64,000 nucleotides of DNA from Phyllosticta citribraziliensis (lineage: Eukaryota): NCBI RefSeq assembly GCF_038025025.1, contig NW_027117340.1:1116001-1180000 (forward strand). Direction: 5' to 3'. This document shows positions 50,889 to 61,855 of the stretch, piece after piece. The notes under the pieces are model-generated. The model did not search any database and was not told the DNA's origin. It worked only from the letters and a program-made list of their open reading frames with translations. A program made the position numbers and the translations under genes. Positions within the stretch are counted from its first letter, which is position 1. Each line of letters begins with the position of its first letter.

Positions 50889-52517
50889 ATGGACTTGCAG
50901 TACAAACCGAGGCGCGTCGGCCTAAGCAGAACAAACGCGCCCGCCGCCACGACCTCCAAACAACCATCAACAAACGTTGCTTCCTCACCGCAGAAACGGT
51001 CATCTTCTTCAACCGCGCAGCCAGCACGGCGAGAGCTGACGCAGGCTGAAATCGAAGCTGATCCTGCCAGTTCACCCGGCGAGGAGGAGGACGAGGATGA
51101 ATCGCCCAAGATGAAGCGATACAGCGAGATGCTGAGACCAAACCAGACGCCGCTCAAAGCCCCACGGGTGACGCCAAGGAAAGATGGTCCGAAAGATTCG
51201 GTTGTTACCAGCGGGACCAAGGCCAGCCTGAAGAGATTGTCGGAGAATGACTTCGACATGGAATTTGGTGACCCCAAAGCAAACAAGAAGAGCAAAGGCT
51301 ACGGTTCCAAGGACAACTCCAGTCGCCCAAACAGTAAACCAACTTTCTCACGACCAGAGAATTTCCATGCGCAGCCAAAGAGGGGCATCAATGGCAAGAG
51401 TAAGTGAATCCAGCACTGCGAACCCTTCTACTTCTCTTTCACTGAAGACTTATATCTTAATACAGGTGGCGCGAAACGTGACGAGGATACCAGCGACTCA
51501 GACGCAGAATCGCAATCAGCTTCCGCACGTAAACCAGTACTTAACACGATGGATAATTACAAATCTAAATCACCGTCGACACCACAGAGAGCTGGCAAAA
51601 CCAAGGGCCCAGCCGCCAAACTCCACATCATACATGACCTCGATTCCTTGAGCGCTCCGGTGTCATCATTCGACTCCAACGGCGTCTCGCCCGTAAGATC
51701 AATCAAGCTGGAGAACCAAGGAACCCCCAACTCGGATCTGAGCTCGCCGCCATCCTCGGCTCAGTTAGCAGCCGACGAATTGGATCTAGAAGACGAGCTC
51801 GAAAACAATACAAATGGCAACTACGATCCTCCTGCCAATTGTCCCATGTGCGGAGATCCAGTGGATGCAGACGAGCTGTCAGACTGGCAGCGCCGCGTGG
51901 GGAGAAAGAGCATGCGACTTAGGGACCAAATTCTGTTTTGCGATGCGCATAAGACGGCGGCAGCGCGCCAGGAATATCATGTTCACGGCTACCCAGAAAT
52001 TGATTTCAAAGAGCTGCCCGCACGCATCGCGCACTTCCGCAACGACATAATCGGCATTCTGCAAGAGACAAGGCCCTCGCACTTTCGAGAACGCCTCAAC
52101 GGTGCAATATCCGAGGGCCGGGGTCGCACACTTGCCGCAGTGCATAGGGAAAAACAGATGCACGGCATGACAACCGGATACTACGGGCCACGCGGACGGC
52201 GAATCATGGAGGAGTGGCTGTCCACCAACATGGCAGACGCCATCCGGGAGCGCGCCGGTAGCGACAAGCTGATAGGCTTCAAGACTGTTTCGGGGTTTGT
52301 ACAAGAAGTTCTTGTGCCCGAGCTTTCCACGTGGCTAGTGATGGAAGACATGCGCCAGAGTGAGGACGGTGAAGAAACTGGCGAGGCGAGAGCCAGAGAA
52401 ATATTGGGAGAAAGCGCCGCGATTGGGGAAATAGTAAATGCGATCAAAGAGGAAGAGGTCGCGAGTGCTTCTTTGCTCAAAGAGATCAAGGTGGACGACG
52501 ACGGCGAGGACTACTGA
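50889..52517 (+). CDS. RTC4-like domain protein
   Basis: CPMCG, FC.AH, GYPEID..L..RI, TGYYGPRG, FVQEVLVPEL...LVMEDM; intron 51400-51465 joins the two ORFs in frame. Start codon uncertain. Confidence 0.8.
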
Positions 52518-52901
52518 GGTTGTTGTCGGCCATGCCCGCCGCCCCCTAGTATTTTTTCTTCGACATAGCGGCATGTAAGGCGCTGGTTTGGCGTTGGGGC
52601 TCTGCTTCTGGTTTTTGCGGTGGGATACGGCGATCTTGTTGTCCTTTGCTCTGTCGCATATTTCTTGAATGGAGAATCAGGTGACAATAGGTGATTCGGG
52701 AATCTCAAAGAAAAGCTCAAGTATTTCCATATCAGGGTCAAAGACGCGAACAAAACCTCACAATTTTCCCGCCTCGAGATCAAACAAACACAACCAGGCA
52801 ACTCAGCCCTTAATCCTCTCTGCGTCGCACCCTTTTTGTTTTCTCAGTCCCCCTCCGCATTTACACATCTTTCAATTCTTGTGTCTTCCCTTTCAACCAT
52901 T

Positions 52902-53459
52902 CTATCTCGTCCTGTTCGCGTACGCCATGCCAAAGTTGAACAAGCCGTAGGTAGCCAGCAAGCTCAGACCAATGGGCAGGGGCTTGGCCGTCTTGATGGC
53001 GCGCGGGATGCTCGAGCCGGCCAGCACGACCGACGCCAGCAGCGCCAGCTCTACGCCATACGGCTGGCGGTTGGCGATGCGGTAGCCGCCGAGACCGTAC
53101 TGTTCCCACACCATTCGTCAGTCTACTATTTCTTGTTCGGGGAGTGTGGGGTTTCGAAGGTGAAAATTCGAGGATTCGAGGGGGGAGAGTAGGAGGTAGT
53201 TTGGAGAGGGGGCGGACGAACCAGCGAGCCAACCGTCAGTCCGGCAGCGATGGACGGGATCGAGCCGGTGCGCGCGTAGCCCGTTATGCCGCCGCCGGCG
53301 GTCAGGGTGGCGAGGACGTAGGCGATGGTTTCGAGGCTCTGGGGGCACGCGACAGGTTGTTAGCTTCTGAGAACAGTAACAGGTGGGCTGAGCGAAGTAG
53401 ATGGTCGCAGAGGATGGGTTCAAGGTGGGACGCGGGGCAGGTCGTGTGCGCCATACCAT
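52902..53459 (-). CDS. TMEM14 (UPF0136) family small membrane protein
   Basis: M|SLETIAYVLATLTAGGGITGYARTGSIPSIAAGLTVGSL|YGLGGY...SSIPRAIKTAKPLP; exons 53459-53457, 53338-53222, 53099-52902. Confidence 0.87.
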
Positions 53460-53953
53460 GGTGTGTTTGTTGCGCGGGGGTGCAGCGAGAATTGGAGAGT
53501 CAATTGGCTTCGATGCTTCCGGTGCGGATTCTTTGTCGCGCAGAGAAGATGGAGTGAAGACTGAGAGGAGATGTTGTAGCTGACATATAGCTCAGCCCGG
53601 AGCGTTCGAGAGCCTCGGGTCCGCTCGCTCTATGACGCTCAGGTCCCGATCGCAGCTCCGTCCCGTCCCCCGCCCGCGGCGGAACTCCTGCCCAGCCAAG
53701 CTTTTCCGCCGCCTCTCTCACCGCTGAGCGGAGCACTACCTGTCGGGTACTATGGGCGGGCGCCGCGCATACACCTGGCCCGAGCTCCCAAGGTGTCTCC
53801 GTCCAACTGGCCTCAATCCAAGCTACGGAACATAACCACCAGCAATCTTCACCACCACAACTGTGAGGGCACCAATTCGACACCACCTTGCCTTCAGTCC
53901 CGCCAGCCGTCGTCTAGCATCCTCCTGCTTTCTCTCCCTCTCGTCCCTCGACC

Positions 53954-54695
53954 ATGCCGCCCCGCAAACAAGCCACGAGTCCCGCCGCGGCACCTCCCTC
54001 CGCCGCCGCAGCCACGTCCGGCTTCCCCAGCGCCGCGGGCTCCAACGCTGCTCCTCCTTCTACGGCGACCAAGGCGGCGAGCTCTGCGTCTGGACAGGCA
54101 AAGATCCAGGGCAACGACGCGCAGGCCATTGCTGCGGGCATCTGGCGCAACTACCAGGCCAAGACGGACCAGCGCACCAAGCTCCTCGATGTCTTCATGG
54201 CGTTTCTGGTTGTCGTGGGCGCGCTGCAATTCATCTACTGCGTTATCGGGGGCAACTACGTAAGTCGAGTCTTTCTCGTGGGGATTTGGGTTGAGAAGGG
54301 TGTGGCCGAGAAGGGAGGATCGAATGGGATGGATGGATGGATGGATGGATGGAAAGGCAACATTGGGGACAGCAAGATCTTTGTGCTGGATTCGAGCGCT
54401 AACTGGTGTTTCCGACAGCCCTTCAACGCTTTCCTCTCCGGCTTTTCGGCCACCGTCGGCCAGTTTGTGCTCACGGCGAGCTTGCGTATCCAGACCAACC
54501 CGGAAAACAAGGCAGACTTTGAGAGCATCTCGCACGAGCGGTACGTTACACTTGGAAGAAGAGGCCCTCCTGTCCATCGGACATTTTGGCCCGAGACCCC
54601 GACAACGGCTGACGCAGCTTCCTTGCAGTGCCTTCGCAGATTACATCTTCGGCAGCGTGATTCTGCACTTTTTCTGCGTCAACTTCATCAACTAG
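53954..54695 (+). CDS. OST2: Oligosaccharyltransferase subunit DAD1/Ost2
   Basis: KLLDVFMAFL..GALQFIYC..GNY|PFNAFLSGF.ATVGQFVL..SLRIQ...SHE|RAFADY.....LHFFCVNFIN; introns 54260-54418 and 54541-54628. Confidence 0.94.
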
Positions 54696-54922
54696 ATATC
54701 CCCGTCACTGTTTCTTCCTTCCGACGTCACGACCTTGTATCCCCAAAAAAGTAGTCAAATTTCCAATTCTATGCAACACACTTGCCAACCGAATCTATTT
54801 ATCCAAAAGGGTACCAAGCGCTCAGGTCAAAAAATCATGCGTAAAATGGCGACTGCTCATGAGTCATTGGAAGCATCCAAATGCTGTACATCGCTTAAAT
54901 CTTTTCAAGGAAAGATCGAAAT

Positions 54923-56701
54923 TCAGTTCTTGAGCTTGAAGCTCTCCCTGATGGCGTCGCCAAAGCGGTGGATGGCCTCCTGGATTTTGTCGGCCGGAGC
55001 GGCAGCGAACGTGGCGCGGAAGAACATGGTGTCGTGGGCGGCGTCGGGCTCGGCGTAGAACCAGCTGCCCTTCATGACGAGCGCGCCGTGTTCGATGATG
55101 AGCTGGAAGATATCGTCTTCCAGCTCAGTGAGCGACTTGGTCGACGCGTGAGGGTGCTTGCGCCAGTCGATTTGAAGCCAGTGCTTAGCAGTTGTTAGTG
55201 TCGATAATTCTCGAATGGAGGCTCTGTCAAGAATCACTTACGAACATGCCTGCCATGGGCGGCTTCCAGCTCACCACGTCCTTTGGCAGGAACTTGTCGC
55301 AGGCCCGGAGCATCACGTCGCGGCGGTGCGTGTACTCCTTGCGAATGTGAATCAGCCAGTCAATGTATCCCGAGTGTCCCCAGTGCTCGTCGAGGAGCTT
55401 GAACAGGATCAACTGGCTCATGCCGCTCGGGCCCTGCGTCGACACGTCCGCGTGCTTCGAGTACCGCTCTACGATCTGCTGGGCGCCCGTGATCCAGCCA
55501 ACTCTGCTGCCCGGCGACACAACCTTGGAGAAGGAATCCATGCGCAGGACGCGACCGTCAACGTCCATGCTCAGCAGCGAGGGGACGATCTCCTTCAAAA
55601 ACTCGGCGTGGGAGGCTGGCGGCTCCGGCGTGGCGGCGTCCGGACCGCCGTAAGGGTCCATCTGCAGAAAGTAATACGGCTCGTCCTCGAAAATGTAGAG
55701 GTCGTGTTTCTGCGCCACCTTGTAGATCTCCCGCCGACGCTCTGCGCCCTGCGTGGCGCCCGTGGGGTTCTGGCCAGAGGGCACAGTGTACAGGACGAAC
55801 GGCTTACGAGCGCCACCCCTGGCGGCAGAGTCCCAGTTTGTGAGCACCTGGTCTAGGCTATCGGGAAGCAGGCCTTGGTCGTCCATCTTTACGCCTGCGA
55901 CCTTTACTCCCATTGGCGCTGCCGTCTCGATTGCCGTCGCGAATGTGTAGTCCTCGGACAGGATGTAGTCACCGGGCTGAGTGAAGATGCGCAGCGACAT
56001 TTCCAGGGCAGAAGTGCTGCCAATGGTCATGTGGCACGCCCAATCAGCGTAGGGAGGGTTGTGGATGAGCTCTGTGTGCTCAGTGACCCAGCGCAGCAAT
56101 TGCGCCGCGCCGTGACCCTGGCCATAGTTGAAGGCCGTGGCAATGTCGAAAATGCTCTTGTCCTCGGCCAAATCATGCTTGCCTACGTGGACCTTGACGC
56201 CCTCCTCCTTGGTCTCTTGCTCACTGTACTTGCCCACGGACGGCATGGTCAAATCGAGGCTGTCGAATGGGAAATACTCGGACGAGGGCAGGCCTCCTCC
56301 GAGAGAAATCAGACCGGGCTTGCCCAGGTATTTGGCGGCATTCTTGAGCGAGTTGCCCTTTCGCGACTTGGACTCGGTGCTAATGTAGTCTAGACAGGCC
56401 AATTGCGTAGATTAGCATCCGTATCACGCAATGGCCGCTCAATTGCTATGGCAGAGAGACATTGAGAGGCAGGGCGCATTACGGACTTACGATCCCACCT
56501 CTTCGCCTTGGGCTTGTGACTGTGCGAGTAGCTCTTGAAGCGCTCGCTGTTTGCGGGGGCCGCGACGCCCCACGTCGACTTCTCAGCCTTCTTGCGGCGG
56601 CCCCGAATGTCGTTGATGGGCATGGGAGCCGCCAGCGGATCCGGTAGCGGCACACCCGTGGTGTCGGTAATTGCTTCGACCTCGACGTTGTGGGGGGCCA
56701 T
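54923..56701 (-). CDS. ARO8: Aromatic amino acid / 2-aminoadipate aminotransferase (PLP-dependent, class I)
   Basis: ISLGGGLP, YTVPSGQNPTG, EDEPYYFLQM, PLP-lysine DSFSK, PGSRVGW, FFRATFAAA; exons 56701-56491, 56389-55242, 55183-54923. Confidence 0.92.
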
Positions 56702-56805
56702 GGCGGTTGTAGAGTAGCAATTGGATGCGAGGGAACGATGCTGGAGCTGCGAGATGCAAGACAAATGAGGCGCGACGCTAGATATTTGTAAGTGGGATGG
56801 ACGCG

Positions 56806-56812
56806 GAGTCAT
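56806..56812 (-). promoter_or_regulatory. Putative Gcn4/CpcA-type element upstream of ARO8
   Basis: ATGACTC on the minus strand ~105 bp upstream of the ATG; a second ATGACTC on the plus strand at 57190-57196. Confidence 0.35.
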
Positions 56813-58500
56813 TTGTATGCAAGGGCCTCTTGTCGCAGGGCGCGCGACATGCCCGAGGGAGGGCTGAACGAGATGGTCGCTTATCACCGGTTTACGGCCC
56901 GACGAGCTTCTCGAAGCGGCATGGCGCTGATCTGCGCCTGGGATTAGTTCGCTTGTCAGACCTGACCAACCGACCTCATCTCTTCGTCATTACGACAAAA
57001 AACCCTGGATTCGTCCATTGCTCTGCAACCCTTTGTGAACAGCTCTCCAGATACTATCGTGTGAGTACTGAGGAAGCATCACTGGCTTACCTCTCATGAT
57101 GGCGACGCTGCATGCGCATAGCGTCCCCGCTTACCGCATCGACCGGTTTTCGAAGAGCTGCGGCAAGGTGATGACTGCATAGAGTCCAGATGACTCTTCC
57201 AGGAACCTCTTTGAATTGTACAAAATCACGCCGGCTCAAAAAGACCAATCCGATGAGCGCACATGGACCAGGCCAAGAAGAGCGATATCGCCCAATGTAT
57301 GACTTGGGGTCTCTCCCAAGGGAATGCTCTTGATCTGGATTGTCAGTTTCTTGAGTAGGATGCCATCTTCGTGCTGGTTATTTGACACCAGTCGTCTTCA
57401 TTCAAGCATCTTCTCAAGACTTACAAGGCTTCTGTGCGGGAACTCGTCTCACACAAGACCGGGGTAACAATCAAACGCCCATGAATTCTCACCAACCGAC
57501 TTTTGTTTGAAAGCTTTGGTATTCCTCACCATCTGGCGAAACATTTCGGCCAGGAGCGACGCGACAGGAATCTGAAGAAAATTCCCAAATGACAGCAGCG
57601 AACAAATGATCCGAAAGGTGGACTGATGCTCAACGATCAAGATCCGAAAACTTCTCCTGGGCTCTCCGGCATCCTGGGTTCATCTAGCACATCAGCAGAA
57701 ACATCTCTCCCGGTCCAATATCAAAACTGGTTCTCGCGTTCTCAAAATTGCAACGACACTGAAAGCTTCGAGCAAGCATACACCCCCGCGATCTCTGTCG
57801 GTAGACAATCCGTTGCTCCTTGTATTCATTCGTATCAGGGGTAATGAGATTTGCCTTCATCAGTTCTTCCGCTCCCAAAAAGTTTCAGTCTCGGCCCTGA
57901 TGGTTACCACGGATACCGTGGGGAGCTGGGCAGGCGAATATCGCAGCCCGAAATTGCATCCGTACCGTAGCGGCCCGCTCCGCCACGCGCTTACGCCCGC
58001 CACGCAGATTATTTCTGCTCGCTTATCTACGTAGCACTGGGAAGATCGGTGCTGGTGAGCGCCCTCTGTCTGCTTCTGGAAATGCCGAGAGCTGACCCGA
58101 CACAGATGCAGCAGGTAGGCGTATAGCTGTCTCTCGTCCCTTGTTGATCCTCGATTCCTACTCATAGTAGCATACATGGTACCTTCCTCTCCATCTCAAT
58201 TCTACGACTATCATTCACGCTTTTTTTCGCCGCCCACCGGTGAAGATTATTGCGGACATACATCACTGACACCAAACAGTCCCGGCGCAAAAAGCGAAAA
58301 TGCAGACAGCTGCAGACAGCCGCAAGCTGAGGCGAGACGCCTTCCGTCTTTATCTTCCGTCTTCGTGCGTTTCATATGGTCCAACAGCTCCTAGAATACC
58401 GCAAGCGCGCATCGCCAGCCCCGGGGACGTGCTTCGGTACCACTCTGCAAGATACAGCGAGCAGCAAGAAAGAAAGGCCTTCAAAACGTCTCCAGTCAAT

Positions 58501-58581
58501 AGATTGGCCAGAAATTGAACCTGGGACTTACCGTGGATGCGACTGTAGCCACGGCACGCGTTTCTACTACACCACCAACCC
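58501..58581 (-). ncRNA. Non-canonical tRNA-like element, copy 1 (pseudo-tRNA or tRNA-derived RNA)
   Basis: GGGTTGG TG GTGT AGTAGAA ACGC G TGCCGTGG CTACAGTCGCAT CCACGGTA AGTC CCAGG TTCAATT TCTGG CCAATCT (A): complete cloverleaf with A/B-box-like sequences. Confidence 0.75.
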
Positions 58582-58750
58582 AGTACTACTGTGAGAGCAG
58601 CATGTTTACCTGACACACCCACAAAGCCTTACTTTCTCAACCACTCCGCAAACAGGTCTCGCGCTGATTAGGATCCTTGACTTTCCCTTTCCTGAGACTC
58701 GCTACCACTCTCTTCTGCAGAGCAAAAAGAAATCAGGTAAAAAGAATCGC

Positions 58751-58831
58751 AGATTGGCCAGGACTTGAGCCTAGGACTCGCCATGGGCGCGACTGTAGCC
58801 ACGGCGCATGTTTCCACTACCCCACCAACCC
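58751..58831 (-). ncRNA. Non-canonical tRNA-like element, copy 2 (pseudo-tRNA or tRNA-derived RNA)
   Basis: GGGTTGG TG GGGT AGTGGAA ACAT G CGCCGTGG CTACAGTCGCGC CCATGGCG AGTC CTAGG CTCAAGT CCTGG CCAATCT (G); T5 tracts 3' of it at 58743-58739 and 58728-58724 (Pol III terminator-like). Confidence 0.75.
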
Positions 58832-59229
58832 GTTTCGGCTCGTTTTGGCTACATGGCGCAGCACCGACATTCTAAATATAAATCGTCGCTGTCAACAACG
58901 CAGTAAAAGGACCGGATGCCCCAAAGTGGGTTTCCGGAGGTGAGAGATCGATCCTCCGCCGGCTTTCATGGCGGCGCCCGACGCACCCACGTGCCAACGT
59001 TTTGCCTAATCATCATTTTCCGGCAGCTGTAATGAGTAATGATTGTTGGCCCTGTGTCCAAATGGTCCCGGCTGCTAGCAATGTAGGCTCCACCTTCGTG
59101 GAACTCGATTTCCAGGCGTGCGGGGTTGCTGGCAGGGTTGTCGGCAACAGAGAACAGCTCGCTTTGCTTTCGCCAACTCATCTCTCAATTTCTCTGGTGG
59201 AAAGCTCAAGAGGTACAGAGTAACAAAAT

Positions 59230-60064
59230 ATGGAAGGAAAAGTCGTTGCTATTACTGGTGGTGCTCAAGGCATTGGCTTTGAAACCGCCAAGACGCTGGT
59301 CTCGCGTGGGGCCAGGGTATCAATCGGTGATATCGACAAAGCCGAACTCGAGAAGGCTGAGGAGTACTTCAAATCCATTGGTAAAGGAGGAGACACTTTT
59401 TTTCAAAGGTTGGATATCACAAATCGACAAAATGTGGACCACTGGATGGACAACACTGTCCAGTGGGCTGGGAAGTTGGACGCCGCCGTCAACTCTGCGG
59501 GGAGAAATTGCTCGGAATCTGGTGCGCCAAAGATTGAAGACACTTCGGACGAGCGCTGGGATACACTTCTTCATACCAACCTCTCGGTTCGTTTGGCGTT
59601 TCCTGTTTGGCGCAAACGTCTTTGACTGACGGACTCTAGGGCACTTTCTACTCTCTCCGTGCAGAGCTCCGAAACATCAAGGACGGAGGAAGCATCGTCT
59701 GCCTCTCCAGCGTTCAAGGTCGGCTCGGGTTCCCAACTTCAGCCGCCTACTCTGCAGCGAAGCACGGCGTCATCGGCCTGGTGAGGAGTGCGGCCAAAGA
59801 AAACGGCGCGAGAAATGTGCGCGTCAACGCCGTTGCACCGTATGTCGAACCCAGTCGATTCCAACTCTCGGCGTACTGACTGTGATCAGGGGCGCCATAG
59901 ACACCAGAATGGTTCAGCTTGAGCACAAGAACGAGATCCAAACGCCCATCAAGCGCATAGGCACGCCTCAAGAGGTTGCAGGCCTCATCGCCTATTTGCT
60001 TAGCGACGAGGCTGGCTTCATCACAGGAGCGACGTATTCGATTGACGGCGGTTGGGCATGTTGA
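59230..60064 (+). CDS. Classical short-chain dehydrogenase/reductase
   Basis: [13 protein letters not shown], catalytic S and YSAAK, VNAVAP|GAIDT, IDGGW; introns 59587-59639 and 59840-59889. Confidence 0.92.
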
Positions 60065-60546
60065 AGTGCCTTCAGTGGACTGTGTAGTGCTCAAATCTTC
60101 GGGTGCTCATTCTCTTCTAGGATCGTATTCTGGGAGCGAAATTTGATTTGTCGATAGACTTGCTGCAGGGCAATTCCAGGCACGGGACTTCAAGGGTCTC
60201 CCTTGCCTTTCCACGAACCAGTCGTCTGTCACTCTAAGACCCTTGAATGTTCCTAGTCTCTGTTCTTTTACTGGGACCGAATGCTTCCATGCAGCACCCA
60301 TTTTTCACATGCGTTTCGGGGTGGCAGCTCAACATTCAAACTTTTTCTCACCTGTGCCTTCTCGAAGTCGCGAACTGTTCCATACGACAAATGTTCCAAT
60401 TCCAGGGTACGCGACAACTTTGTCACCAAGCCTCGGAACCAGAGCCTCGGCTATCCCACCCCGCCGTCGATCTCCCGCTTCCCAGATTGCTTTCCACGAG
60501 CAGCTAAGGGCGTCCATCTTTGCGCAAAGCTTACAACGCTGTCACC

Positions 60547-61692
60547 ATGAAAGCGATCTTAATAGATCATTGGGTCAAAGTAAGCCGATTTGGGTTCAAA
60601 ATCTTCACCGTCCTGACTCGACGTGCAGAGTCTCTCCGACCTCAGCGCCTCTACCATTCCGTCTCCTCCATGTGGAACCAACAAGTTGCGCATCCGCGTC
60701 ACGCACGCCGCCATAACGCACGTCGATCTACTCTACGCTCAAGGCCGCCACCAGAACAACCGCCGTCATGTCAAGCCGCCATTCGTCCTCGGAACTGAGT
60801 TTGCCGGCGTTGTGTTGTGCGCTTCCCGCACCTCGTCGTTTCGACCCGGCACCCGCGTTTTTGGCTTCGGCCTCGGCAGCTTCGCAGAGGAGATTTGTGT
60901 CGATGAGTTGCAGGTCAAGCCTGTTCCGCAACGGTGGACTAATGCCGAAGCGTGCGCGGTCGGTGGGAGCGCTGCCGTTGCGTATGGGGCGTTAGGAGAT
61001 GGCTGTGGTCATGTAAGTGCAGGGCAGAGTGTCTTAGTGCTTGGTGCAAGTGGCGGCTTGGGAGTTGCCGCTATCCAAGTGGCGCAAGCGTTAGGAGCGA
61101 CCGTCGTTGGTGTTGCAGGTGGCTCAGAGAAAGAAGCCGTGGTGAAAAGCTTGGGAGCCAAGTCGGTAAACTACAGGCACGACAAGTGGCAGGAAAAGGT
61201 GTTGGAGCTGACAGGAGGCTCTGGGGTGGATGTGATTTTCGATCCGATCGGAGCTGTCGAAGATGGGTTGAAGTGTTTGAAGTATGGCGGGAAGATCCTG
61301 GTGATAGGTTTTGCTGCGAGAGAAGGTATCATGGAGAAGGTGAGCATGAACAAAGTCTTGCTCAAGGGCGCGAGCGTGATTGGATATGTAAGTGCACACC
61401 TCAACCCTTTCAAGCTTCTCTCCTACTCATGTTCAATTTTCCTCCGCAGCGGTTCGGAGAGCAGTCTCGCCGCAACCCTGCAGCAACTTCCGCCATATGG
61501 GAAAGTACTATGGCATTAATATCACAAAACAAGATCCGGCCAGTTGTTTACAAACAAGTCTATGGAGGCTTAGACAGTGTGCCGAAGGCTTTGCAGGATG
61601 TTGATGAAAGAAAAATTTGGGGAAGAGCGGTAGTTTCAGTGTCGGAAGAGGACAGTTTAAACGGTACTCGCGGGAGGGCTACACGGCTTTGA
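60547..61692 (+). CDS. MDR-family NADPH:quinone oxidoreductase-like (zeta-crystallin-type) protein
   Basis: MKAIL, PPFVLGTEFAGVV, GQSVLVLGASGGLG, GVDVIFDPIG, GFAA, WGRAVV; introns 60580-60628 and 61388-61449. Confidence 0.9.
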
Positions 61693-61855
61693 GATCGCCA
61701 TATTTGCGTGGTAAGCACTCTTTTTCCTATTTGGGACATAACCTCATCAATTTTTCCAGACAGACGCCGCAATGATGGCCGAAGCGCTGTTGATAAGCGC
61801 CGCTGCGCTGTGCCGCACTTCAAATCAAACAACACTGTCAACAACGACAACCATC

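Noticed and set aside
53582..53640. TAGCTCAG...GTTCGA looking like tRNA A/B boxes
   Set aside because: Spacing is too short and no cloverleaf forms.
57127..57145. CCG triplets upstream of ARO8 as an Aro80-type site
   Set aside because: Spacings are 4 and 6 nt, not the CCG-N7-CCG pattern.
57328..57345. CTTGATCTGGAT resembling part of a TPP riboswitch
   Set aside because: The following AATACCAGCG and an upstream CTGAGA element are missing, and there is no thiamine gene nearby.
58597..58630. Possible third remnant of the tRNA-like element (GCATGTTT...CACACCC)
   Set aside because: Only about 8 matching bases; no T arm or acceptor pairing.
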